A stretch of 63,811 nucleotides of DNA, filler included, from Octopus bimaculoides (GCF_001194135.2; 5 parts of 3 records of this genome joined end to end with filler, not necessarily neighbours in it); one strand, 5' to 3'; positions 13,340 through 27,148 are shown, counted from the first letter of the whole stretch. A program made the numbers and translations. Notes: generated from the sequence alone by a model not told the origin.

Positions 13340-14300
13340 ACACCAAAGGAAACGTCATGGCCACCAGTAGTGTCACCGCAGCAGCAACAGCAGTAGCAAC
13401 ATCGACAACAGCAACAGAAGCAATATCGTCGGCAGCAACATCCACAAACACTATCACCATTGCAACCAATAACAACAACAACAACAATGACAACACCAGC
13501 GTCACTTCCAACAAAATCAACAGCTGCAAAAACCACAAGATCAGCAACATCACCATTACCATATAATAACAAGAACAACAATTCCACCACTCTCAAGAGG
13601 AGCAGCAGCAGCAACAGCCCCGTCACCACCAACACCACCGCCACAACCGCCACAACCGCCACAACCGCCGCCGCCGCCTCCGCCGCCTCCGCCNNNNNNN
13701 NNNNNNNNNNNNNNNNNNNNNNNNNNNNNNNNNNNNNNNNNNNNNNNNNNNNNNNNNNNNNNNNNNNNNNNNNNNNNNNNNNNNNNNNNNNNNNNNNNNN
13801 NNNNNNNNNNNNNNNNNNNNNNNNNNNNNNNNNNNNNNNNNNNNNNNNNNNNNNNNNNNNNNNNNNNNNNNNNNNNNNNNNNNNNNNNNNNNNNNNNNNN
13901 NNNNNNNNNNNNNNNNNNNNNNNNNNNNNNNNNNNNNNNNNNNNNNNNNNNNNNNNNNNNNNNNNNNNNNNNNNNNNNNNNNNNNNNNNNNNNNNNNNNN
14001 NNNNNNNNNNNNNNNNNNNNNNNNNNNNNNNNNNNNNNNNNNNNNNNNNNNNNNNNNNNNNNNNNNNNNNNNNNNNNNNNNNNNNNNNNNNNNNNNNNNN
14101 NNNNNNNNNNNNNNNNNNNNNNNNCACCACCACCAGCACCAGCACCAGCACCACCAAGAACAAGAACAACGACGAGGACGACAGCAATAACAATAACAAC
14201 TACAACATCAACAATAAACAATGGCAGGCAGCATCATCACTACCAACAACGCAACAACAACTGCAACAACAATAACAACAACAACAACAACAACAACAGC
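13340..14300. repeat. Compound degenerate trinucleotide tract (CAG/CAA/CAC/CCG) around a gap
   Basis: Directly visible. Confidence 0.9.
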
Positions 14301-14316
14301 AATTGTTGTATCTCAC

Positions 14317-14635
14317 CTTGCTTAGCTGTAGTTTGCCATTTCCAACGGAAGCCAAGTGGAAGTTTCCCACCTATGATGGAGTTCTTCGTACAGTCTGAGA
14401 AGGTTTAGTTTCGGTCTGGCAGGGTATGAGATCGATATAGCATCACTTCCGGATAGACGCTGGCTTTTCCTGACAGACACCTCGCAGTGTGTGCGTTCTG
14501 TCTTCGATTCCAGCTGAGATGAAGTCAACAATCATAGAACAGAAATACTTCCCTTTCTCTGTGTGCGTGTGTGTGTGTATGTGTGTATGTGTGTGNNNNN
14601 NNNNNNNNNNNNNNNNNNNNNNNNNNNNNNNNNNN

Positions 14636-14700
<65 letters not shown>

Positions 14701-14988
14701 GCGTATGTGTGTTCGTATGTATGTGTGAATGTGCTTGTATAGATGTATATATATGTGTGTGTGTGTGTGTGTGCGTGCGTGCGTGTGTGTGTGTATGTTT
14801 ATGTATATTTATGTATGCATGTATATATCAATCATAAAAAATTGTGCAGCAATACCCACATATATGTATAGACAGAATTAAAAGATAGCTAGCTAGTATA
14901 TACATACATGCATACATTCACACACACATAAACATACACATATACACACATAAATATATATACATATGTGTGTGTCAGAGAGAAAAAG

Positions 14989-15021
<33 letters not shown>

Positions 15022-15065
15022 GCGTGCGTATATGTGTGTATGTATGTGTGTATGTGTGTGTATGT

Positions 15066-15099
<34 letters not shown>

Positions 15100-16728
15100 T
15101 CTGTGTACATATATATGTATATCTATTTTTATCTGTGTACATGACTACCTGTCTGTTTGTCTGTCTATTTTCTCGTCTGTCAGACTAAATACTTTTTAAG
15201 GAAAATGCCAAAACTCATTCTCACACTTTCTTCTTTCCCTTTTATGTTTACTTAACAAGGTTGGCGAAAGGGTTTCGATTGAAAATAGAATCCGTATAAA
15301 GAATTCATACCTTTATAGGACTCAAACAATTCTGCCTGGGCAAATATATCAGATGATATAGCGGGAGTGTCGACACGATGGTTTTGCAAGGGATTACCAT
15401 CAGTTTTAACCTGAAATCGAAATCATATCGAATTTTGACAACGGACATATCAACTCTATTATCGAAGTGTAGAAAAAAATTAAGAATTTGCGACTATTAT
15501 ATCCGTTACGAGTGAAACAGATGTTATTTGGAACTAATTCCTAATGAACCGAGCGAGTAGATATTTCTTCGTTTATACAGACACATACTTATGTTTATAT
15601 GCATATATACATGCAGGTATGCGTATGCATATAAAAAAAGGTAAAGACGCCCTTCGGCCATGAATGATCATCAGATTGAACATGGAGAGTACCCTACGAG
15701 GCACAAGTCCGGGCAAGGTTGTTTATGGGAGACCAACAGTCACCCATGCCTACAAGCCTCCCCTCTCTACGCCACTGATGTTATGAAAGGGAAAGGCAAA
15801 GACCAATACAGCTTGGCACCAGTGACGTCGCGACTCTTTTCTACAGCTGAGTGAACTGGAGCAACATGAAATAAAGTGTCTTGCTCAAGAACACAACACG
15901 CAGTCTAGTCCGGGAATCGAATTCAATATCTCATGATTGTGAGCCCGACGCTCAAACCATTGAGGCATGCGCCTTCACCATACAAATGTATAGATTCCCC
16001 TCTCTAAAATTGCTTCACTTTCGCAATTTTGCGTCTTAGTTTTAAGAACTTAAATTTCTACTCTTCTCTCTGAAGAAAGAAAGGCGTCCGAAACGTTAGA
16101 CTTTTCTTCTACCTCATAGTATAACAAATATTTCTTTGTATTTTGGGTGGGTGGGGCTGTTTCTAAACGTTTCTAATTTTCTAGAATTTTACTATTTTCC
16201 TATTTCTGCCTTGATTGAAATAAATGGCTAATGAAGTTTAATTTGATGATAGTTCTTTACCAAACATATTTATCACTGGACATATAGAAGTGTAATCAAG
16301 AAATTGATTTCGAAGCTATGTATTTCTGAGTTCAATCCCATGGTGTGCAGCATGTTATGCAAATGTATTTTACCATTGCCTTGAGTCAACCCAAATGAAA
16401 CCGAGTCAACTGAAAAATATATGCGAGCTCGTCAAGTGGTTTAACAATGGCATTTAATCTGTATTTTATCCAGCACTTAATCTGTGCAGTTGATCTGTAT
16501 TTTGGCAAAACATCTCCACCTACCTCTTTGGTGAATATAGCAGAGTTCACTCTTTTGTAAGCTATTCAGCACCAAATTGGAGGATATCAATCTATTTCTA
16601 TCTTCATCACAACTTTTGAAGATCCAGCAAAAGAAAGAAATAGTTATGTGTGCAGTACGTTCTAATCAAACTAAAACGCACCTTTTACAATCACATACAC
16701 ATGTACACGTGCTCATGCGCACGCACGC

Positions 16729-16764
<36 letters not shown>

Positions 16765-16792
16765 GCGCGCACACACACACACNNNNNNNNNN

Positions 16793-16849
<57 letters not shown>

Positions 16850-18305
16850 CAGTAGATTCAGAGAATGAAATTCGCTTAGTTTACTATTGGTCTTCCCTTT
16901 TTGTTTAATTTAAGTGTCTTCAGTTTCACACTGACGAAATGTACCTCCACATGGTATCTATCCATTGCTCAATGGAAAAGATACAGTAATAAAACGTCTC
17001 ACGTCCCAGATATATATTTACAGCGAGCTAGAATGTACTTTACTCCTGTACCAATTCACAGAGAGGTAGACTGTATTTTAACGTGGTATCAATTCACACA
17101 GTTAAATGAACAGTACGTAAGTAGGGTACATACATGCAGATAGTACGACGTGACTAAAGCAGGATACAGTCCAGTTTCTCTTTCGTCTGGCAATCAGGAA
17201 CACTTCGATTCTCAGAAATCATGATACAAACAAAAATATTCAAAGCTAAACGAGACATAAGGCTATACAAATGTAATCGGTTGAGTTAGAATATTAGATG
17301 TAGATTTGCAAAATAATAATCATATTATAATTTGAAAGATTTCCATCCGGTTCAGAAAATAGATGTAGTCTGTTGAGTCTACCCGAGTACATCGCTGGTA
17401 CTCGAGTACCCGAGTACCCGAGTACATCGCTGTATTATTGTCCATAAAGCGATAAAAGGCAAAGAGGTATTTGGGAAATTTATCGGATGTCATGTAGTAG
17501 ATCGTGATAAGTGACTTACATCTAATATAACTAATCGATTTAACGGTTTGCTTCTATAGGTGTCGCTGCCAAAACCCTTATAAAATAAGAGCTTACCAAA
17601 GAAAAGGATGGACTGATGTTAGCACCTTCTGCAAGAGCAGTAGTTATCTAAGAGAAGTCAAATGGCTTCATCTGAGATTCGAAACCTTATAGTTAAATGG
17701 TTTGATAAATTTCAGAACTTTCTCTAGGCAAGTGCATCTATATCAAATTATATTCAATATGAGCATCGAGAGAATCATACCACTTGTTAGAATTAGCCGC
17801 CAAAGTTGCAGCTAAATACACTCTACTGTCTTAAGAAAGGAGGGACAAACTACCTGCTATGAGACTGAAAAGTCATGGGCATAACCTCTTTGATTATAAT
17901 TCAGTAAAATAAGAAACAAATGGGTCTTATTATCAAAGATACTCTTTCCTGCTTTAGGCACAAGGCTCGAAATTTAGTGGGAGTAGGCCAGTCGATTAGA
18001 TCGACCCCAGTTCACAACTGGTACTTAATTTATCAACCCCGAAAGGATGAAAGGCAAAGTCGACCTCGGCGGAATTTGAACTCAGAACATAAAGACAGAC
18101 GAAATACTGCTAAGCATTTCNNNNNNNNNNNNNNNNNNNNNNNNNNNNNNNNNNNNNNNNNNNNNNNNNNNNNNNNNNNNNNNNNNNNNNNNNNNNNNNN
18201 NNNNNNNNNNNNNNNNNNNNNNNNNNNNNNNNNNNNNNNNNNNNNNNNNNNNNNNNNNNNNNNNNNNNNNNNNNNNNNNNNNNNNNNNNNNNNNNNNNNN
18301 NNNNN

Positions 18306-18359
<54 letters not shown>

Positions 18360-19065
18360 AATGTTTGTGAATTTCCACTATGATATATTAAAATAATTTT
18401 AATTCTTTCAACAAAGACTTCGTATATCACAAAAAATAAATAGCAAGTGAAAAAAAAAGTTCTCTTGGGAATTCCATTGCCACATCATTCGTAGAATAAA
18501 TTCTAGCACCATTAATTATAGTGCTCGTAGGAAAAATAACATACACAAAAATGGTAACGTTGAAGAAAAAATGGCCACTGTGAATATTATGGTATTGAAA
18601 ATGGCGGTTAAGTAAACATATCAATTGAAGCAGAGCTTAAATAGAGCAGTTGTCCTTATTTATGAAACAGGCATTAAATTTATAAACTGAAACTTAGATG
18701 ACAGAGCCCATTGTAGGCGAGTGAATAAACTCACAGCTTTTCTTCTATATTCTCTGTGAGTTGTATCAGAATTAGACCAATGTTTTCTTTAAAAAAATAC
18801 TTTGAAAATGGTTTCATATTTTCTTAGTACTTATTTTTTCTTTCGTTCAGCTATTTGATGATTCTTAAGTAAATATGGTCGGATGATTTACGCTAGTTTA
18901 GATAAAGATGAAATAAATGACTGAAAGTTTTGCGTTGAAATTATAACAACGAAAAATAAAATCATACAAAAGCATATGTATACATACATAAGAAACATAT
19001 ATAGACACATTCATTCATACATTCATATACATGTATAGTCACGCATATTTGCATATGTATGTGTT

Positions 19066-19107
<42 letters not shown>

Positions 19108-22100
19108 TACACATGTATATATGTATGTGTGTGTTTATCTCCCCATCTCTCTTTCTCTCTCGTTCTATTTCGCTCTCTTTTTCTCTTTCTCCCTCTTTCT
19201 CTCTCTATATAAATACACACACNNNNNNNNNNNNNNNNNNNNNNNNNNNNNNNNNNNNNNNNNNNNNNNNNNNNNNNNNNNNNNNNNNNNNNNNNNNNNN
19301 NNNNNNNNNNNNNNNNNNNNNNNNNNNNNNNNNNNNNNNNNNNNNNNNNNNNNNNNNNNNNNNNNNNNNNNNNNNNNNNNNNNNNNNNNNNNNNNNNNNN
19401 NNNNNNNNNNNNNNNNNNNNNNNNNNNNNNNNNNNNNNNNNNNNNNNNNNNNNNNNNNNNNNNNNNNNNNNNNNNNNNNNNNNNNNNNNNNNNNNNNNNN
19501 NNNNNNNNNNNNNNNNNNNNNNNNNNNNNNNNNNNNNNNNNNNNNNNNNNNNNNNNNNNNNNNNNNNNNNNNNNNNNNNNNNNNNNNNNNNNNNNNNNNN
19601 NNNNNNNNNNNNNNNNNNNNNNNNNNNNNNNNNNNNNNNNNNNNNNNNNNNNNNNNNNNNNNNNNNNNNNNNNNNNNNNNNNNNNNNNNNNNNNNNNNNN
19701 NNNNNNNNNNNNNNNNNNNNNNNNNNNNNNNNNNNNNNNNNNNNNNNNNNNNNNNNNNNNNNNNNNNNNNNNNNNNNNNNNNNNNNNNNNNNNNNNNNNN
19801 NNNNNNNNNNNNNNNNNNNNNNNNNNNNNNNNNNNNNNNNNNNNNNNNNNNNNNNNNNNNNNNNNNNNNNNNNNNNNNNNNNNNNNNNNNNNNNNNNNNN
19901 NNNNNNNNNNNNNNNNNNNNNNNNNNNNNNNNNNNNNNNNNNNNNNNNNNNNNNNNNNNNNNNNNNNNNNNNNNNNNNNNNNNNNNNNNNNNNNNNNNNN
20001 NNNNNNNNNNNNNNNNNNNNNNNNNNNNNNNNNNNNNNNNNNNNNNNNNNNNNNNNNNNNNNNNNNNNNNNNNNNNNNNNNNNNNNNNNNNNNNNNNNNN
20101 NNNNNNNNNNNNNNNNNNNNNNNNNNNNNNNNNNNNNNNNNNNNNNNNNNNNNNNNNNNNNNNNNNNNNNNATATATATATATATAAAGAGTAAAAGAGT
20201 ATATATATTCAAATATGAATTAGAAGCAGCTCGGGGTATATAAAAAGAAATCGCACACACATACACAAGGTGTGTGTCTTTTTAGTTCGTGGCTCGGCTA
20301 CGTTTTAGGTGCGAGAGAATATCCTCTTAATGTTCCTGGTGTTAGAAACACCTGAAAGTGAGTTATGGACAAGCGAGACGACTCCCTTCTCGGAGCGATG
20401 TTTCGTCAATGTCGTGACTTTTCAATGCCGTGCAACGAACGAGACCTACTGCAAGTTATTCAGCCGACTATGACTATATGCTAAATGGTTTGAGAAACAT
20501 CTGATGGTATGTCCCAACGTTTCATGTCATGGAAAAAATTCCAATATGAATTAGAAGCAACTCGAGGTATACAACCAAAATCGAACACATATACATAAGG
20601 TGTGTGTGTTGTTAGTTCATGAGGTGAGTCAGCTGCGTTTTAGGCAGACATCGGAGCGACAGACATCGATGTTTCGTCATTGTTGTGACTTTTCAATTCC
20701 GCGTACCGAAACATCGATGTCTGTCACTCTGAGAAAGGTCCTGGTGTGAGTTGTCTTGCTTGCAGAGTGCGCTGGATTTACAGAGTGTACGGGATACTTT
20801 TTTTCATACCAGCATCTCTAATGAGGTTACTGTGTAACTTGGAAGACAGTAAAAGAACAGCGAAAGAGGAAAACGGGAAAGCTCCTACTACTAAGATGGG
20901 ATTATTTGTGTGGAGAAAGTGGATATAGGTGGCTTTCTTCCAGGTGATGAAAGGTTAAATTATGACTGAGGGACAAATACAGGTGTCTTGCTACAGAGCA
21001 AATACATTGCCAAGTGGTTAAGCTGTTGCACTCACAATCGCGAGATCGTGAGTTCAAATCTTAGATTGGACGGCGCGTTGTGTTCTTGAGCGAACCATTT
21101 CATTTCACGTTGCTCCGTTCACCATTTCGATCATGGGGGATTGTTGGCCTGCTCGCCTAGCCAGAGCGGTGGCGTCATTTGAAGGCTAAAACAATGCAAA
21201 GCGTATTGTGACCAGTGATGTATAACAACATCTGATAGTCTGGTCGGTCACGTGATCATGTGATCGTAAGGACAACTCACTTTAGGATGCGCAGGAAAGG
21301 TGTCGAGGACAGAACGACTACAAGAATACGAAATTATGCGAAAAGTTAGGTGCGTCGAATATTTAAGCCTCCCATATATTTGAGATCAACAGAAGACAGG
21401 ATGGCGGAGATAAAAACAAAAATGTTCAACAGCGAATGTCTTTTGACGAGGATAAAATATAAACTACATGCCAGAGACACCTGTGCATGCATATACATCT
21501 ACCCACATGCACATGTAAACTTTCACTTATACAAATCTACACATATCCATCCATCCACCCAATTAATCCCCACACCGAGACACACGTGTATATACACATA
21601 TACATTATGTGTTAATGTATATACACGTGTTTGTGAGCGTACGCGTATGTATATTTAAGCACGTACATATCTACTTACATGTATATATATGTGTGCGCGT
21701 ATATAATGCATATATGTCTGTGTGTGTATATGTGTGTGTTCCATTCGGTCTGACGATGTTTTAAGGGGTTACCGACAAATATCGAAATAATGGTTATCAG
21801 AAGAAACTAAGCCTTGAAGTATTTGTGTCTGTTGAGATCGCTATATACATACACATGCATACATACATACATACATACATACATACGTACATACATGCAT
21901 CCATCCATACATGCATGCGTGCATCAATACATATATGCATGCATACAAGCATACATACATACATACATACATACATACGTACATACATATACGCATTCAC
22001 ATGTACATATAGACATACATACACGCATATATACATACATACCGCATATCACAAAATCATAGGCAGAGACCTGTTTCTCGTAAACTAGTAATTGCTGAGA

Positions 22101-22558
22101 ATATGAACAAGAACTTCAGCTTTTCTTGGACTCGTGATTTCTACATCCTTTTACATCTTGAAGGGGATGTTTTTGCAACTCAAAATCAGAATATAACAAC
22201 AAACGGGACAACGGAGCCCTTAAAATCCCAAGATGTAACGGCTAGTGTCAGTCATGCCATTCCTTTGTGGGAGACATAATATGCAATCAGCAATGCCCAA
22301 AAATGTTATCAAGTTTCCACCTTCAACTGTGACGTGATTTTGTTGCTAACACAATATGGAATGTCATCCACAGAAAAGACTGTTCTAGGATAAATATAAA
22401 CAATATCTCTGCTATGGATTACGTACTTACGTATCAGCGCTAGGACTATAGGGGAACATCCCAGCGAAATCTCTACTAAGTGCAAGCAGAACAGACGTGG
22501 TATTGTATTTGGGACAGAGATTTGTTTCCCTGCAAATGTGAACAAGTTTTTCCAAAAT
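14317..22558 (-). CDS. Candidate unidentified spliced ORF; putative exons 22558-22431, 21317-21281, 15410-15311, 14394-14317
   Basis: Each piece has AG/GT ends with pyrimidine-rich acceptors, and the phases are compatible, giving an open 114-aa peptide. No homology recognised. Confidence 0.25.
15630..15980 (-). mobile_element. SINE, family C-related
   Basis: AAGTGTCTTGCTCAAGAACACAACACGCAGTC...GGAATCGAA head in reverse. Confidence 0.7.
16067..16100 (+). ncRNA. Degenerate hammerhead-like motif
   Basis: TCT-CTGAAGA...CC-GAAA-CGT-T-AGA; helix II is eroded. Confidence 0.3.
17940..18120 (-). mobile_element. SINE family B, runs into a gap
   Basis: Same core, reverse orientation. Confidence 0.8.
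20990..21262 (+). mobile_element. SINE, family C-related
   Basis: AGTGGTTAAG...GAGTTCAAATC...GTTGTGTTCTTGAGC...TTCACGTTGCTCC. Confidence 0.7.
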
Positions 22559-22891
22559 CTGTGAGAACAAAAATATTCATGGCCAGTTGCTTCGAAACCT
22601 GAGACTCCTCTACCATCTACCAAATTTATATTCATGCCAATAATCATTGTTGCACTTGGTTACGTCAGTAAATGTCTAAGCGACACTCTGGAGAAGTTAG
22701 GATTATCAAGGAAAAAAAAGACCGGTTTATACAAACTGTGAGTGGAGCAGTCAAAATGTACAAGACTTTCGATATATTCTTAACCAAACTCCAATAATAT
22801 GGTTTTTGTTTCTTTGATAGTAAGCAGTTCCTTCTTTCTAGAAAGATCACTTATAATTAGAAAGAAGAGACATACATACATACACACGCGT

Positions 22892-22948
<57 letters not shown>

Positions 22949-23284
22949 TACAGTCTTGAGGAATTAGATTTCCCCGAACTAGAAAAAAGAAAGCTGATTC
23001 GAAGACTACAAATCCAAACCATTACTGGAACTGTAAAAATCTGTAAAACTTTCCAGAAGTTTATCATATGTCTAGATATGCATTTATATGACAAAATATA
23101 CAAATCTGCACATATATACAAATAAAAATATCCTGTTGATGTTGAAATTGCAATAAAAGAGCCTTGGATCTAAGTTTAGAAACCAGTTCTTTGTCTATTG
23201 GCAAGAAATTTTGAAATAAAACTGAATTACGACATACATACACACATATGCATATTTGTATAATGATAAAATTTTCTTTTAGAA

Positions 23285-23513
23285 TATATTCTTTTCTACT
23301 CTAGGCACAAGGCCCGAAATTTTGTGGGAGGGGGCTAGTTGATTAGATCGACATCAGTACGCAACTGGTACTTAATTTATCGACCCCCCCCCAAAAAAAA
23401 GGATGAAAGGTAAAGTAGACCTCGGCGGAATTTGAAATCAGAACATTAGGATAGACGAAATACCGTGATGCATTTCGTCTGGCGTCCTAACGTTTCTGCC
23501 AGCTCGCCGCCTT
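23285..23513 (-). mobile_element. SINE family B, full copy
   Basis: Core plus head ending GCCAGCTCGCCGCC. Confidence 0.85.
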
Positions 23514-23967
23514 ACCTTTTAGAATATATTAAAAACGAGACTACGTTCGTATTTAATCTTATTTTAATCGTATTTTATTTCCGTATCTGCGTACCAGATT
23601 CTTATAATTTGTTTGGACCATTGAAATACTCCTGTTCATTTTCTCAGCGTTTCATGGCTATCTCAGCCTCCTCATCGGGATATGGGTTTCACAGTTAGAA
23701 TTTTGTTGATGCAGACTTTACAAGCAATATTTTTCTGTTTGGTAGTTAGTGTTTCACATCACCAGAATCGTATTTTGTCTGTTGGAGTTTTACGTCCGCG
23801 GATTCATTTTTCCATCGGTGATGAGCTGTTTTTATCTGTGACATGTGTAGGTTGTTTGAATGTTTATGGTTACATTGTATTACAATATGAGTATGGCCTC
23901 CTTAACCAATCGTTTTCTGGAGAACTCTATAAGGTATAGATGAACTATTTCTTAATATCTTAGTATC

Positions 23968-24185
23968 TTAGGGCGGTGATCTGGTAGAATCCTTAGACGT
24001 GGGGCAAAATGCTTAGTGGCATTTCGTCCGTCTTTACGTTCTGCGTTCATATTCCACCGAAGTCGACTTTACCTTTCATACTTACGGAATTGATAAAATA
24101 AGTAACAGTTGAACACTGCGATTGATGTAATCGGCTTACCTTTCATCCGAAATTGCTGGTCTTGTGCCAAAATTTGAAACCAATA
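23968..24185 (+). mobile_element. SINE family B, full copy
   Basis: GGGCGGTGATCTGGTAGAATC head and core, opposite orientation to 23285-23513. Confidence 0.8.
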
Positions 24186-24196
24186 TTTTAGTATTT

Positions 24197-24975
24197 ATCT
24201 TTGTTTTATGTTGTGCTGTAGAGCGAGTTGCAATTGCTCCTTGTGAATCTACGAGACAACGTTGTACATATCTGGAAAGTCGTAATATTTAAAATCGTGA
24301 AGTTCGCAGCTATCACTTTTACAGTCAAGTTTATAAATTACGTTGACAATTTGTAGTTTGTTCTTGTGTTCACAAGCTTTCAGTGTATTTTTGATCTTAC
24401 TGATATTATGATACACTGAAGGCGCATGGCACAGAGGTTAGATCGTCGGGTTCACAATCATGATGTAGTGAATTCGATTCCCGGACCGGAATGTGTGTTG
24501 TGTTCTTGAGCAAGACTTTATTCCACGTTGTTCCAGTTCACTCAGATGTAGAAATGAGTTGCGAGGTCACTGGAGTCAAGCTGTATCGGACTTTGTCTTT
24601 CCCTTGGATAACATCAGTGGCGTGAAGAGGAGAAGTTGGTATCATGGGCGACTGCTAGTCTCTAATAAAGAACCTTCCCCAGACTTGTGCATCGGAGGGC
24701 AACTATTCAGGTGCAATCCCATGGTCATTCATGACCAAAGCGAGTCTTTATCTTTGTTTTAATGTTGTGCTGCTGTAGTGCGAGTTGCGATTGCTCCTTG
24801 TAAATACATTGTAAATCTACGAGACAACGTTGTACATACCTGGAAAGTCGTACTATTTAGAATCGTGAAGTTCGCAGTTATCACTTTTACAATCAAATAA
24901 ATTACATTGGCAATTTGTAGTTTGTTCTTGTGTTCACATGCGTTCGGTGTATTTTTAATCATATTGATCTTAAGA
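24197..24975 (+). repeat. ~210-bp diverged direct repeat pair (about 24197-24415 and 24750-24975) flanking a SINE
   Basis: Both copies contain CTACGAGACAACGTTGTACATA.CTGGAAAGTCGTA...ATCGTGAAGTTCGCAG.TATCACTTTTACA. Confidence 0.9.
24418..24750 (+). mobile_element. SINE, family C-related
   Basis: GGCGCATGGC...TTCGATTCCCGGACC...GTTGTGTTCTTGAGCAAGAC. Confidence 0.7.
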
Positions 24976-25628
24976 TACATTACTAGTGTCAGTTTATAGT
25001 TTGGTGTAACACATTTTGTATTTCATTTTATGAGACGTTTCATAATGTGATCGTCTGCTCTATACATTTAGTGTTTGATGCCCATTGTACGCTTTGTATG
25101 CAATATATGTACTTTCCAAAGGAGTGTTCTGTAATGTATTTGTTGCATTGTATTTCTGTCTACATTCATCAGTATCTTGGTCTATTAGCCTGCTAGAATA
25201 AGCGTTGTTTATTAATAATTGTTTTTATCTATGGATATGTTTATTTTAGTGTTTTACTCCCTTCATTTTTGTAGTTATATAGATATTCACTATATATGTA
25301 AAGAATTACTTTCATGCATATATGTATACTCGCATATATACATATATAGATATATATTATATACATATACATACATATGTATGTAGTGTATACTATATAT
25401 ATATATATATGTATGTATATATATATATGTACATATATTCTGTATATATATATATATATGTATATATATGTTTGTGTGTGTGTATGTGTGTGTATATATA
25501 TANNNNNNNNNNNNNNNNNNNNNNNNNNNNNNNNNNNNNNNNNNNNNNNNNNNNNNNNNNNNNNNNNNNNNNNNNNNNNNNNNNNNNGAGAGAGAGAGAG
25601 AGAAAGAGAGAAAGAAAGAGAGAAATAG

Positions 25629-25665
<37 letters not shown>

Positions 25666-25674
25666 TACATATAT

Positions 25675-25750
25675 ATGCGACAAATCCACTCACAACGCTT
25701 TGGCCAGCCCGAGTCAATATTTGAAAATACTTGCCCAAATTGCCACGAAG
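25675..25750 (-). mobile_element. SINE family A head fragment
   Basis: AAATCCACTCACAACGCTTTGG...CTTGCCCAA match. Confidence 0.55.
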
Positions 25751-25762
25751 TGGGTCTGAATC

Positions 25763-25804
<42 letters not shown>

Positions 25805-25812
25805 ACTATCTA

Positions 25813-25847
<35 letters not shown>

Positions 25848-26199
25848 TGCTAGCTATATATATATTTATATATATATATATATATATGTATACAGACATA
25901 GCTATATGCATGCGTTTATGTGTATATGTGCAGTGAAGTCACATGTACCTTATTATTGTCATCGAAGTTGATGACAAGTTACGAATCTTCACTTTTGAGC
26001 ACCTTGACCAATCTCTAACTTCGTCTTTGGCAAACAGCATCAGTCACATCACATCAATACACGCACGCACACACATACATGGTGCACATACAGGCGTTTT
26101 TATGGTTTAATCAGTGATAGGCACCCATGGCCCTTAACTGTTTGCATCAGTTCTTATATCTAAACCAGTGACCTGGCTTAGATATTGGCAGCAGAACTG

Positions 26200-26525
26200 A
26201 CACTGGATAAAATGATGGGAATTCGTTAGGAATGAAGATGTTCCAGACATAATGATCAAGTCTTATTGAGATAGAATGAAGCGTAGGTGGTGGTAAGTTT
26301 GGACCACAGGGTTCCGTTTCAGGTTGACGACCGCTTAATACGACAAGGATTAAAATTGGGAGTCCAAGGTACAAGAAGAAAAGGAAGATCTGGATGAACC
26401 TGGTTGAGAACACCGCAGAGAAATAGAGGACAACATGCCTGATCGGAGGCTGAAACAGAAGCACGGAATGAGCCGGGCTGGCGGGAATATGTGGAGGTTC
26501 ATCGGGTCAAGCTGTACTGAGCAAT
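26200..26525 (+). mobile_element. RTE-clade LINE 3' remnant
   Basis: MKRRWW..., DDRLIRQGLKLGVQGTRRKGRSG*TWLRT...EARNEPGWREYVE resembles the RTE ORF C-terminus. Confidence 0.6.
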
Positions 26526-26679
26526 AAATACAAACACAAGCGCACATTTACATAATGAAAGTGAAACAATCATAAGGATGGAGGGTACTCAATACTTGGT
26601 TGTTAAGTGCGATGTATTCGTTCATTGATGGCTGAAGGTTAAAATGTTACGTGACAGCTCCACGTATTGCTAGTCATTG

Positions 26680-26729
<50 letters not shown>

Positions 26730-27101
26730 ATCCGATAAGCTGCCTACGTATTTATTTTTGAAACATTTACTACCAAATTATATTTATTAGAATATGTAGC
26801 TGTCTCTCTCTTTATCTATGCATTTACATACATTTGTCTGTATCCTCTTTTGCGCGCGCGCACACACAAACAAATATACATATATATATATTACATATAT
26901 ACATTCATACAAATATATATATACACAAACATATATATACATATGTGTGTGTATATATTTATGTATATATATATTATGTATGTATGCATATAGTTATTTG
27001 TATATATAAGTATATATGATATATATATATATAACATGTATATGTATTGCATATATATTTATATACATATATGTAAATATATATATGTGTATGTATATCT
27101 A

Positions 27102-27148
<47 letters not shown>

